Assembly (NCBI GenBank): GCA_965235115.1
Contig: OZ249451.1
Span: forward strand, 14,570,001 to 14,634,000
Origin: Laetmonice hystrix
Taxonomy: Eukaryota
Direction: 5' to 3'
Length of the DNA stretch: 64,000 nucleotides
Shown here: positions 1 to 10,955 of the stretch, one piece after another
Numbering within the stretch: position 1 is the stretch's first letter
Layout: each line of letters begins with the position of its first letter
The notes under the pieces: generated by a model
Seen by the model: the letters and a program-made list of their open reading frames with translations, nothing else
Told to the model about the DNA's origin: nothing
Database searches by the model: none
Program-made: the position numbers and the translations under genes

Positions 1-199
1 TATTTTCTATAGTGTTTTATTGTAAGCGGGGACTCAAAAGGCATAAATTAAGCCACTTTTTTGAATGCACATCAAAATAGAGTATTGAAAAGATGATGCA
101 TTAATTCTGATTAAAATATAATATGAAAGGCAAACGTTCAATACTGGGATGAAGAACACTGCTAAGACCTGCTACGAGTCCTCAATATAGAGAACTGTG

Positions 200-1520
200 A
201 TGGGTACTTGGTTTATTAAGGGGTTCTTCTTACACATGCTGTATAATGAGAGGTTCCTGGTGACACAGATTGACATGAGGGGTCCTGGTTACACACGCTG
301 TGATAAGGGGGTCCTAGTTACACACGCTGTGATAAGGGGGTCCTGGTTACACACGCTGGGATGAGGGGGTCCTGGTTACACACGCTGTGATAAAGGGGTC
401 CTAGTTACACACGCTGTGATAAGGGGGTCCTGGTTACACACGCTGGGATGAGGGGGTCCTGGTTACACACGCTGTGATAAAGGGGTCCTAGTTACATACG
501 CTGGGATGAGGGGTCCTGGTTACACACGCTGTGATAAAGGGGTCCTGGTTACACACGCTGTGATAAGGGGGTCCTAGTTACATACGCTGGGATGAGGGGT
601 CCTGGTTACACACGCTGGGATGAGGGAGTCCTGGTTACATACGCTGGGATGAGGGAGTCCTGGTTACACACGCTGTGATAAAGGGGTCCTGGTTACACAC
701 GCTGTGATAAGGGGGTCCTAGTTACATACGCTGGGATGAGGGGTCCTGGTTACACACGCTGGGATGAGGGAGTCCTGGTTACACACGCTGTGATAAGGGG
801 GTCCTGGGGGGTGTTTCAATAAGCGCGTCAGACCATCCTACTGGCGACGGACCAAAAATTACAGGACCTACAACCAAGAGACGGACTGTCTGTCGCCAGT
901 CGGACGGTCCGACGCGCTTATTGAAACACCCCCCTGGTTACACACGCTGGGGTGAGGGAGTCCTGGTTACACACGCTGTGATAAGGGGTCCTGGTTACAC
1001 ACGCTGGGATGAGGGAGTCCTGGTTACATACGCTGGGATGAGGGAGTCCTGGTTACACACGCTGGGATGAGGGAGTCCTGGTTACACACGCTGGGATGAG
1101 GGAGTCCTGGTTACACACGCTGTGATAAGGGGGTCCTGGTTACACATGCTGTGATAAGGGGGTCCTGGTTACACACGCTGTGATAAGGGGGTCCTAGTTA
1201 CATACGCTGGGATGAGGGGTCCTGGTTACACACGCTGGGATGAGGGAGTCCTGGTTACATACGCTGGGATGAGGGAGTCCTGGTTACACACGTGGGGTAA
1301 GGGGTCCTGGTTACACACGCTGGGATGAGGGAGTCCTGGTTACACACGCTGGGATGACGGGGTCCTGGTTACACACGCTGGGATGAGGGGGTCCTGGTTA
1401 CACACGCTGGGATGAGGGGGTCCTGGTTACACACGCTGGGATGAGGGAGTCCTGGTTACACACGCTGTGATGATGGAGTCCTGGTTACACACGCCGAGGA
1501 TGCATGGGTCATTATCACAG
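200..1520. repeat. Minisatellite, 30-32 bp unit (GGTCCTGGTTACACACGCTG(T/G)GAT(A/G)AGGG[G/A]), ~38 copies, degenerate at both edges
   Basis: Unit read directly; interspersed variants (GTGATAAGGGG vs GGATGAGGGAG; CTGG vs CTAG; CACACG vs CATACG); interrupted once at 807-933. Confidence 0.97.
807..933. mobile_element. 127-bp non-autonomous MITE, PIF/Harbinger-like
   Basis: ~42-bp imperfect TIR: GGGGGTGTTTCAATAAGCGCGTCAGACCATCCTACTGGCGAC versus right-end reverse complement GGGGGTGTTTCAATAAGCGCGTCGGACCGTCCGACTGGCGAC. CTG is duplicated at 804-806 and 934-936; removing the insert restores a normal GTCCTGGTTAC unit. A 3-bp CWG TSD is known for animal Harbinger elements. Confidence 0.9.
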
Positions 1521-2725
1521 AGATTCACTACCTCCGCCAGGCCTTCCACTGCCATGCTCAGTCGGGCAGCACTGATTGGGATTCCAAGTCACTCATAACT
1601 CACATCTAACGCTCCTCTCCCCTCGTCTGAAATGTCCAATTTGGTGAAATGTGGACTGGCAGGATGGGCCCCCGGCGTCAATGGCCGAGAGACTGTTCAC
1701 GTTTTCCTGGTCAAAGCGTCGTGCTGTCAGACATGGACTGGAGATGCTCAGTTACTGGTCAAGTGTAAGCTAAGGCAAGTCAAACTCACTCCGTGTATAC
1801 TACTCACTGTACATTTCTCTATCGAAAAATTTAAATTGACTGCAGTTAGCAAAGCGGAAAAAAATAAAGTAAATTCGGCACTCTTAAGTCTTCACTCTGG
1901 GTTTATTTTGCGCTGTCTCTTTTAATAGAATTATTTATTATTATATTATCAATAATCGCTGTTTCCAATAGGGTGAAATAAAAGGGAGGCCAGCCAGCCA
2001 TGAGTAATCAGTCACGATCAAGTAATTTAAAATGACAAGATCACAGACAGGAACCATGAGTTGAAACGCGAGTCACCATGTACTACAAAACACTAACTTT
2101 TACAAACTGCTGAAGTTCATAAAACTTTCTGGCGATTCAAAATTAAAATCTAAATATCCAATGAATCAGCTGAATGCTCATGTTTCGTGTATCATGATTT
2201 TTCATTTTTAGTTCACCGATCTCTTGTCACAATTCGTCAAGCTCCAGAAGTTAATAGTGTCATTGGTAATTGACATGAATTGATGGATCTGGGAATATGA
2301 GCACAAGATGATAAACACCAAGTTCCCTGGACTTGGCTGCCATTTCTTACGACAATTAAACGATGGATCGCTATTTCTCCCAAACCGGACTCATGTAGCA
2401 TCCAAGAACACCCCAAGGCTCGCCAAGACTTGTTTTCTGAACTGGTCCCTGGCTACAATGGCCTTTTCGCCGCGCTTTTTTACCCGCCAGTCACTTTGCT
2501 GATTAGTACGATTCTCCTATGGGCGCTGCCATGAGACAGGAATGGTTGCATGATGAACGAACACCATGTCTTCGATCGTTAGCAATGCCATCGCTTACAG
2601 GCACCGAATGTTTGGTCTCATTAACACATCAACAATGCCAAGGTCGGACCCCACCGGCTAGAGTCTACTATATTTCTTGCTCTCCCATCACAGCCAGGCC
2701 TTTGGAAAATATTCTACCTCTTTAA

Positions 2726-3253
2726 AGGGGCATACTATGAAACACGTTTTTGAGGATTTCCGGCAATTATCCAACATGACCGTGTACTAGGGATCCAAGT
2801 AAATAATCCTACCACAGCATTTTGTCCTCCGACGTGTTTTCGCTGCGTATGCAGCACAAGTAGGTTCTATACGACCAAACCTATAGATTTCTCCCGATAG
2901 CACATCTCCCGCCATAATTTGGTAGACAACCTACCATCAACTCGTGTAATTGCATACTGTGTCACATCCTGTGTGTGCACTCTCTGCATGTGCTTAGTCA
3001 CGTGCTTCACTTAGTTGTAAACAATTCAGCAGTTGCACTCGATCATCTGACATCAGAATGCCACCCAAAAAATATTTTACGAAATCGGCAGAGAAGCAGG
3101 CAAGGGAGCTTAATAAACTTCGATTTCTCACGCAAAATGAAACTGATAAGTGTATCTTTGTTTACCAAGCAATTTTAATGAAGGATCTCATTATGAAAAC
3201 AGCAAAAGTTCTATGAAATACCGATTTTTAACGTTTCCTCATAATATGCCCCT
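2726..3253. mobile_element. 528-bp non-autonomous DNA transposon, Kolobok-like
   Basis: TTAA at 2722-2725 and 3254-3257. Termini AGGGGCATACTATGAAACACGTT and (reverse complement of right end) AGGGGCATATTATGAGGAAACGTT. TTAA TSD with purine-purine (AG) termini fits Kolobok rather than piggyBac (CCC termini). No coding capacity. Confidence 0.75.
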
Positions 3254-5213
3254 TTAAATAGGGCGTTTCTTAGTCAATGAGAGGCTTATCTAAAACGTAG
3301 GCTTTTTGATCTACACACAACATACGCTATAGTCGCGTTAGCTAATATATCGTATTTGCTTCCATTATGTGTTCAGTGCCACAACTACAAGTTCAAGTGA
3401 CCTCAGTCTAGTCGAAATACAACACCCTCAAAAACATCTCGTAGCCTTTGATTTCTAAGGTTACCTCTAACATCAATATCGTCTCCAAATTCCTTTTTCA
3501 CCCTCATACGTTGACAGCTTTGCGTGTGCGTGCCCTTATCCAAAAGTGACCGCCCTTCACCGTCACATAAAACGCTACTGATTTCATCTCGGCTCCCATA
3601 AATGAAAGCTCCTTGTCCCAAAAAGCCCACGCTCTGCAATCCACCAACGGATCAAGACACTTTCCTGATGCGAGTCGTGCCACTATTGAATTCCAATGTG
3701 GACAAGGAGGGTGGTTGGGGACGTTTTTGAGACTGCCCGCCCGCGCGCACAATCAGACGCTGCCAATTAGCTGCCGTCTGCTTCTGCACTACGTCACGAC
3801 GTCATTTCTCTGCAAAACGTCACAACCGGCCAACAGACAGACGGTCAGTTCATGATAGTCGTACAGGGTCAGAGGCCTGTCGAGCCTAGCATTCAGGCCA
3901 CCTCCACGCACAAAGGCTCCTTCTATGAGGCACTGGATCAGTCCAAAGAAAAACGCTCCTTCTTTTTGTTGCGACTATCAATCTGATTCCAGGCAAAGAC
4001 GACGTTCAGATCTCATTCTCCACTGACTTTGCCCTCTCACGTATCAGTCAATGGACCTCAGTGATTTTTTCTCACAGCCTACTCAGTCTCCAGTTGTCCT
4101 GCCCGCCAACCCAATCAGCGGCGCCGTAAATGCACATACAAGGCGATTTTTAAAACCCGTTGAAAGCGTTTATTTAATCCAATGAGCCACCTTCGTGCCC
4201 AAGGCACATTTCAACACCACTGGAGGCATATTTCACTTGAAAGACTTTCTCAGGCCGTGTCATATACGACAGGCCTTCTCAGCCCAAAACATCCGACCAC
4301 TGAGCTGCTGATCATACTACCTGCGTCTCCAGAGATAAGAAGATAAGATTATGCCCCCCCTCACCCCCTCACCCCGACCCCCATCGGGGTAGATTTGATC
4401 ATAGTGGCTTCAGTCACCAACAAACATGTCAGAGAATCGCCTCTGTTGTCCCGCTTGTCCTCACCACACAAGGCCTCATCCTTTTCCAGACATGTTCTCC
4501 AAGGCAGCATAACGTATTTTTACAGCTGTGCTCCCCTCTCTAGGCACGGCTCTCATCACTATGGCAACCATCCCGCCCCCAACAGCACCCTATGATGCAA
4601 CAACAAGCATCTCTTCTGTTTGTTTATAGATTCCATTTCGAATGAAACGGCCCGGAACATTTCTCCAGCCATGAATTCTGCGCTGGGCAATGATTGCTCC
4701 ACGTTCCCTCACGCGGTATGTGAAATGTGCCATGAGCTGGGCGGACCTCAGGGTGTTGTGACAGACAACAGGTGAATCTTGGATATCGTTTGCTCAAAGA
4801 TCCGCTAGGGGTTTGGTCGGGTGCCTTCCTCAGAAACAAATCTGATGACGGTAGCGGTTGCCTTCTGCTTACTCCACGGGGAACACCGGCTCATGAAATG
4901 TCTACGTTTTTGTTATTCTCCTGAATAAATATTCTAGATCCGTGTTCTTTCGGAATGCCTTTAGGGGGAAGATTTCGCCGGGGCGGTCTGACTGTGAGTA
5001 CAGACGTTGTCTTTTCTCTGAACGCTGTAAGACTGGCGGTTTGTTTCCGACATTTTCCGACACCGTAGGGCTGACCGACCTATGACGTCATCAGCAGACA
5101 TTGTCGGCTGCCAAACTGAAAATGTTCAGCTCATGTAAAAGTGATTTATGGGTTTAGAAGCATAGTTTGTAAGCTTGTCCTGTAGCTGTAATTGTTGTAA
5201 ACATGTTGTTTCT

Positions 5214-5310
5214 TCACGATATGATTCCTGGTACAGCCACGCTGCCCAGTTTCTTACACCTCGATCTGCAGTCCGAGCGCAGCAGTTTCTGGGCGTCGAC
5301 CTTCTGTATG
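5214..5310 (-). CDS. Candidate terminal coding exon of minus-strand gene A: (S)IQKVDAQKLLRSDCRSRCKKLGSVAVPGIIS*
   Basis: Acceptor gtgtgtcactgtctcag; 1 nt + 32 codons ending TGA; GC3-rich codons; phase-compatible with exon 5992-6024. No homology recognised. Confidence 0.5.
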
Positions 5311-5616
5311 CTGAGACAGTGACACACAGCTGCAATGATTTCCTTTTTTTAATCACATAACAAAAATCAAATGATGAGAATCGCACAGTTGGAGGCCCAG
5401 ACGCTCCTCACGTCCCCACAATGACACTCCCAGAAAAGGTCAAGGCCACGTCAAGGTCAACATTTGTCTGACCTTTGCTTCAGGCTGGTGTCACATTTGA
5501 GGAGCCTCCTGTGCCAGGGCGTGGCAGCTTTGGGGATCGCGGGCCTTTGGAACGGAAGGGAACTCCAACCAACGGACTCTGCCTCCGGAGACCTGAACAG
5601 CAGCAGGTTACGGTTA

Positions 5617-5630
5617 GCGCCATCTAGCGG
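5617..5630 (-). promoter_or_regulatory. CTCF-like motif CCGCTAGATGGCGC
   Basis: Matches the CTCF core CCRSYAGRKGGCRS; motif match only. Confidence 0.45.
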
Positions 5631-5991
5631 ATAACAACTGTGGTGGGCTGGTGATTGACAGCCGCTGGGGGGTCTGGCTGACGTCCTGTGGGATCTGGTG
5701 GTTCACCCCTGGGAGTCTGGTATACGTCACTGACAGACTCTCACCCTGTAAACCACACACTGACCAATAACATCGGGTCTACGTACACAACATGATCCTA
5801 AAGTGTTTGTAATTGCCGGGATGGGCGAAAGGCAGACGGAATGGTTCAATATCATTAGTGGTACTGTTTTCTATCATAATGCAATCGCCAAAGACTGCTG
5901 ATATTAACAGGAAAGCAAGGGTTTCTTTATTTTCCCATTCTATGTACACCCTGCCTCTCCGCCCCCTATACCGGTGACGTCTACAGATCAC

Positions 5992-6024
5992 CTGTGCACA
6001 ACCAGAAGGTCATCTTTAAAGTAC
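5992..6024 (-). CDS. Candidate 33-nt exon of gene A: (Q)YFKDDLLVVH(S)
   Basis: Acceptor aaattgtttacag, donor AG/gtgatc; phase 2 on both sides, matching its neighbours. Confidence 0.5.
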
Positions 6025-7578
6025 CTGTAAACAATTTAATATTGAAAACTACTCTTAATCATAGAGATAAAGAAAATCTATGAGTAAGGGCCGATAAATT
6101 AAATCTGATAAACTAAAACTGATTCCCCAAATACTGTGTTCACTCCAACTTGGTTTTCCATGAGGAGACACCTTGATTGTCCAAGGTTCACTCAAATAAA
6201 TCATTATGTGCCGTCAATGAATTGTAAAACAGGACCGCCTCTTGGATCAGCCCGTATCCCTGGGCACGGGTACTTTATTCACATTTTTCACGGTCAGTTT
6301 GGAGCCCGCTTGAAAACAAGGGATTTATTTCTTGTGTTATCAGGCCTATTAAAACCGTTCAAAGCACCTCCATAATGAAATGGATACGTTTTTATTAAAA
6401 CAACAATTATTCAGCACGGGAATCACGAAGGGCAAACATGTTGATGGAATGTGCGGAGAAGGAGACCTTCGCCCAGGAGAGTCAAAGAAAGTATTGGATA
6501 ATTTCCCCACCCACTCCTATCACAGGAGGCAACCTCCTCAAACCAGGACAGAGTCGAATTATTTGGACCACCCCAAGAAATATTCTGATTCCACCATTAC
6601 ACCAACCGCCCCCCACCACCAGCACCAGCACCACAAAAATCCCTCCCTTGACGGCAATAGTACGCCCAAGGTATTTTTACACCTCTACAAAATGGGTCGG
6701 CTATCTTTCCACCAACCGTCTTCCGTACACAATGGTAACATATCAAGTCCTAGCCGTGAGCCCCCACCACTGTCGACTCCCGTCCATTCAAACATAGATT
6801 CTCATCGACAGTCTATTTGGCATTCGTCCTTTCAGGTGCTTATTTTCCTCGGGAGATGAAGGGCTTTGGGATTTATTGACACACTTGCCACCAAGGAAAT
6901 GGTGTGCGCGCCGGTCGTAATCCCATGTGTCAAAGGGCATTCAGCGGCGGTCAGCGGGCTGGACCTATTGACGACCGCACACGCAACCCGTCCAGTCAGC
7001 CGCCGACAATAGAACGATACTTCTTCACTGAGATCCACGAGCTGGTCTGAGATCGGGCCGAGCCGGCAGCAGGAAATCCATTCCTCAATCTATTACTCAA
7101 TTAGGCATGAATAACCCTTGCGACTGCACGTCGGCAGATCTTGTGGAGTCAATGCCCTCCCGCCGGATCCATACTGTTCATGGGTACTCACAATCATGGC
7201 AAGTTACCTCGAATAATCTTTAATACCGCCGTCCGGATGTCTGGAATGTGAAAGTTCCCGTGCCTTAATGGATTTGGTTAAAATACCCTGGAAGTGGTGC
7301 TCCCTTATGTATGACCTTCAGGGCTGAATCTATTTTGTGGAAAGATTTCATTGAGGACTAACATATTACGAGAAAGAATGTCTTCTGCACTAAGAATTTT
7401 GCCATACAAGGTTTTTTGTTGATGTACATCCATCTCCTATTGATTCCCCTTTGAGGTCAGGTAGTGTGAATTGTGCAAGCCCTGGAATAACGATAACCCA
7501 TATATGCAGGCTTACCACGTGCTTTATTAGTTCTCTTGGTGACCTCTGACCTATGGCCCGTGTTTGCCTAATTCATAC

Positions 7579-7618
7579 TGACGGGCCAACATGAATCTGG
7601 GAACGGCAGTCAGTTCGA
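7579..7618 (-). CDS. Candidate 40-nt exon of gene A: (V)ELTAVPRFMLAR(Q)
   Basis: Acceptor gtatttcttccag, donor CA/gtatga; frame joins 8476-8517 to 5992-6024 without stops. Confidence 0.5.
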
Positions 7619-8475
7619 CTGGAAGAAATACGATTCTTATTCGTGGTCACGTGATGGCCACTCAGCCATGCAATCGTGGCAGAGAAAGCGACGCGGTCAA
7701 GGTCAAGGTCGTTTATTCCCTTTTAGCTGAACATTTCACTTGGGGAGGATGTCTCTGACGGATTCTGACGTCACCAGCACGTCTAGCATATCGTGACGTA
7801 ACGTCAAATTATCCGGACACCGTTTGAACACCGGTTAAACTGAACAACTTGTTCACGGCGACGTTTGCTGATCACCTTGTTCATGAGGAAAGCCAGATTT
7901 TCCTCTTAGGTGTGGTAATGGCTTACATAATCTATTGGGCGAACTATTCTAAGTATCATGTTTGAAACGAAGTAAGGGAAAAGCTGGCTGAGACTATTTC
8001 TACCCTCGATAACATACAAACATCATACTAAACGTTTTATCTGTTCGCCTGGCTGTCCTTTCTACTCATGATTGATAGACTTTGTGAACCAAAGTAACTG
8101 GTATTTTTATTTGTTTTTTCCCCTCCTAAATGCCTCACTATCACTTTCCACTGAGGAACCCGCAGCCAATCTCACTTTATATTCATGCCACATAGATTTA
8201 TCTTATACACCTTCATGCCACATTTATGTACTCTATATATTCATGCCACATGGTAGTCCCATTCATCTTGATCATCTATTTTTATTGTCTATTCTGCTAT
8301 CTAAAAAAGCACTTGCAGAGCAACGCTCCCCCTCTCAGCCTCCTATACACGCGGTTGTTCCACTGCATAGATTAGCTTCAATCGGCCTACAAATATTGGC
8401 CTCATTTGGGACCTCAGACTCTATCAAAACTCAGCCGTGAGCCTCAGATGGGACAGTGCCATATATTCCACTCAC

Positions 8476-8517
8476 CTTTGAAGGCCAGACAAGTTGTACT
8501 TTTCCATCCTCTTACAT
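8476..8517 (-). CDS. Candidate 42-nt exon of gene A: (D)VRGWKSTTCLAFK(V)
   Basis: Acceptor ggtaccttcag, strong donor AAG/gtgagt; phase 1-1. Confidence 0.5.
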
Positions 8518-10584
8518 CTGAAGGTACCACTTGTGGGTATACAGTTCCATACATCCAATCACTCAACTTTAACTTCAGATTGGACGTCAGAAAAAAAAAC
8601 ACATTGTGTATTTCTTCCTGTCTGGGTGCCCTCTACCGAGTTTATCCCCCGTTATAATTGCGCTGATATCACAGTTGATATATCTCTAGGTTTATCACAG
8701 CTATACTTCAGGTTCTTTGCGTGAACCATCAGCGATTGCAATTGTCCATATCGAAGCCATCGACATGTCCTGCAGTTTCTGAGGCCACTGATGAGAAAAC
8801 CATCAACCACTGTCATGCAATTAGTACAATTATCGGCAATACACTTTGATACAACCAGATACAACGTGCTACATTTAGTGAACAAAAAGGCCTTTGGCTT
8901 CATTAAGTTTCCCATTATTCCTTGACAATATTGTCTAATTTGCTTAAAGGAATTTATTGTAGAAATCGATGAAATAACTCTTCGGTAATACGATCCAATT
9001 TGTGGGTGTTGTCTTGAAATCAGAACGAGAGTAGGTATAAGAAGGTCCTTAAGGAAATTATGTGCAACAGAAATGTTTCAACACAAACACCTCCCCAATC
9101 TGATGGCGCAGGTTACTTTGGAAAAATCTCTACATGAGACGACTGGAGACTCCATGGAGTTCCATTTAATTCTGTCATGACCTCATGGAATCTCCACACA
9201 CCAGTTGGATGGTGGATCAAATCGACATCCACCACTGCAGTTCATCAGACCCAATCGGAAGCAATGGAATATGGAAGACACCGCAAGCAAAAACGTATTT
9301 AATTAATGGTAACGGCAAGAAAACTGAGTGGATTGTCCTCACTCGGATCTACTATGTGGTGGGCCTTGTCAACTAAAGCGATTTTGTATGCGACTCCCTC
9401 GCGATTTTTTGCGTTATTCCTTAATTCTATTTCGATTTTGAGATCTTTAAAAGGATGAGGCACATTTTCAGAATAAAGTGAGAATTGAAGCCAATAGTAT
9501 CGCGTATATTTCGCTTTATTTTAAACACAAATCATAGCACATCACACCAATGGACAAGGCCGTTGAGATCCGTCATGCGATCGCAATTTCTTACGTCAAT
9601 CCGTGGCGGGAATCGCAGAAATCGCAGCGTGAATTCTGGGTGTTCTGGGTCGCATCCTTCACTTCCAAGAACGCTGACCGACCAGAGTCACGTGACTTGG
9701 ATCAACATGGTTTGAGTTACCGCCCAGAGCTAAAATTAAATTCTCCAACTAAACTTTGTGGGCGATTGCTGTGTGTGTGTGTAGGAAGGGGGGGGGGGGT
9801 GAGGTCTGCACCCACCTGTTGGCTCCGAGCTATGCGCAGGTATGCTGCTGGGTACTTCCTGATGTTAGGGGGGGGGGGCACACTCCCCTCAAAGACTTCC
9901 ACACAACCTGATCTACATTACATCAAGTACTGTAATCGGTCCTGCATGCTGGGGACTGTGCCATCTGTCTGTATAGGCCGACTTCATGGAAATCTATTAG
10001 CAATTTCTTTTCGTAATATTTTCATTCAACACATGAAATCAGACCGCATCCTTCCGCAAACACTTTCAATCCATTACATTTGCTAATAAAGCATGTCATT
10101 TTAACCCCAACCCTGTTTAATCCGGAACATTTATGATGTTATTCCAAAATCGTAACGAATGAACGAAATTTGTTAAAATTCATGTCTGGCAACACTTGGA
10201 AGGCGGTAGCGTCGCTTGGTCAGCTTACACGAAGTTTGAACGTGTTTATTATAGACTAACTTGTGTATACGACGGAGGAGTTGTCTCCTACGTCACGAGT
10301 AATCACATTCTACTTCCACCCTGACCTTCTCTTATACCTCGCCGTCTGGCGTTCCTGCAGGAAAGTGCCACAGCGCCGCCTACCGGACACCCTTAGAACC
10401 AGCCGCTCACTTAGGCTAACTGATTTTTTTATATGACATGACAATTTTTAATGCGTTTTCTTATACTAATTCAAGAGTACATCCTACAGCTACCAGTTAT
10501 TTTCAACGATGGGTTCTTCTTAATCTAATCTAGACTTTTCCATAAAAAGTTTAGCTGCTCAAAAGTGAGTTTCACTCTTCTGAT

Positions 10585-10955
10585 TGGCCGGTCCGTTTAG
10601 ACCCGGCTGGTCCGCTTAGACCCGGCTGGTCCGCTTAGACCCGGCTGGTCCGTTTAGACCCGGCTGGTCCGCTTAGACCCGGCTGGTCCGCTTAGACCCG
10701 GCTGGTCCGTTTAGACCCGGCTGGTCCGTTTAGACCCGGCCGGTCCGTTTAGACCCGGCTGGTCCGTTTAGACCCGGCTGGTCCGTTTAGACCCGGCTGG
10801 TCCGATTAGACCCGGCTGGTCCGTTTAGACCCGGCTGGTCCGTTTAGACCCGGCTGGTCCGCTTAGACCCGGCTGGTCCGTTTAGACCCGGCTGGTCCGC
10901 TTAGACCAGGCTGGTCCGCATAGACCCGGCTGGTCCGTTTAGACCTAGCCAATCT
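10585..10955. repeat. Minisatellite, 19-bp unit GGTCCG(T/C)TTAGACCCGGCT, ~19 copies, flanked by inverted CTTCTGATTGG...CCAATCTGAAG
   Basis: Period 19 read directly (GTCCG at 10591, 10610...). The right flank ends in a Harbinger-like TIR GAAACCAGGCC (~10995-11005). Confidence 0.95.

Noticed and set aside
3403-3639. Minus-strand ORF with faint BEN-domain-like spacing (…GEGRSLLDK…VKKEFG…NQRLRD)
   Set aside because: The resemblance is impressionistic, the acceptor is poor and there is no ATG start. An HMMER/Pfam search would be needed.
4590-4795. Unlisted minus-strand open frame (…LMAHFTYRVRERGAIIAQRRIHGWRNVPGRF…)
   Set aside because: No convincing acceptor or start and no recognised motif; the length is within chance expectation.
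5614-5745. Alternative minus-strand terminal exon GESLSVTYTRL…ARWR* with an ITIM-like VTYTRL
   Set aside because: This frame needs phase 0, but the upstream 33-nt exon ends in phase 2, which would give only RVRVCQ*. Its end coincides with a CTCF motif. It cannot be excluded as an alternative exon.
6050-7500. Possible decayed transposase, retroelement or viral insert (a TVDE motif at ~6800 suggested piggyBac)
   Set aside because: Manual translation showed no continuing piggyBac, RT, integrase or recombinase motifs, and there are many stops. A BLASTX search against TE proteins would be needed.
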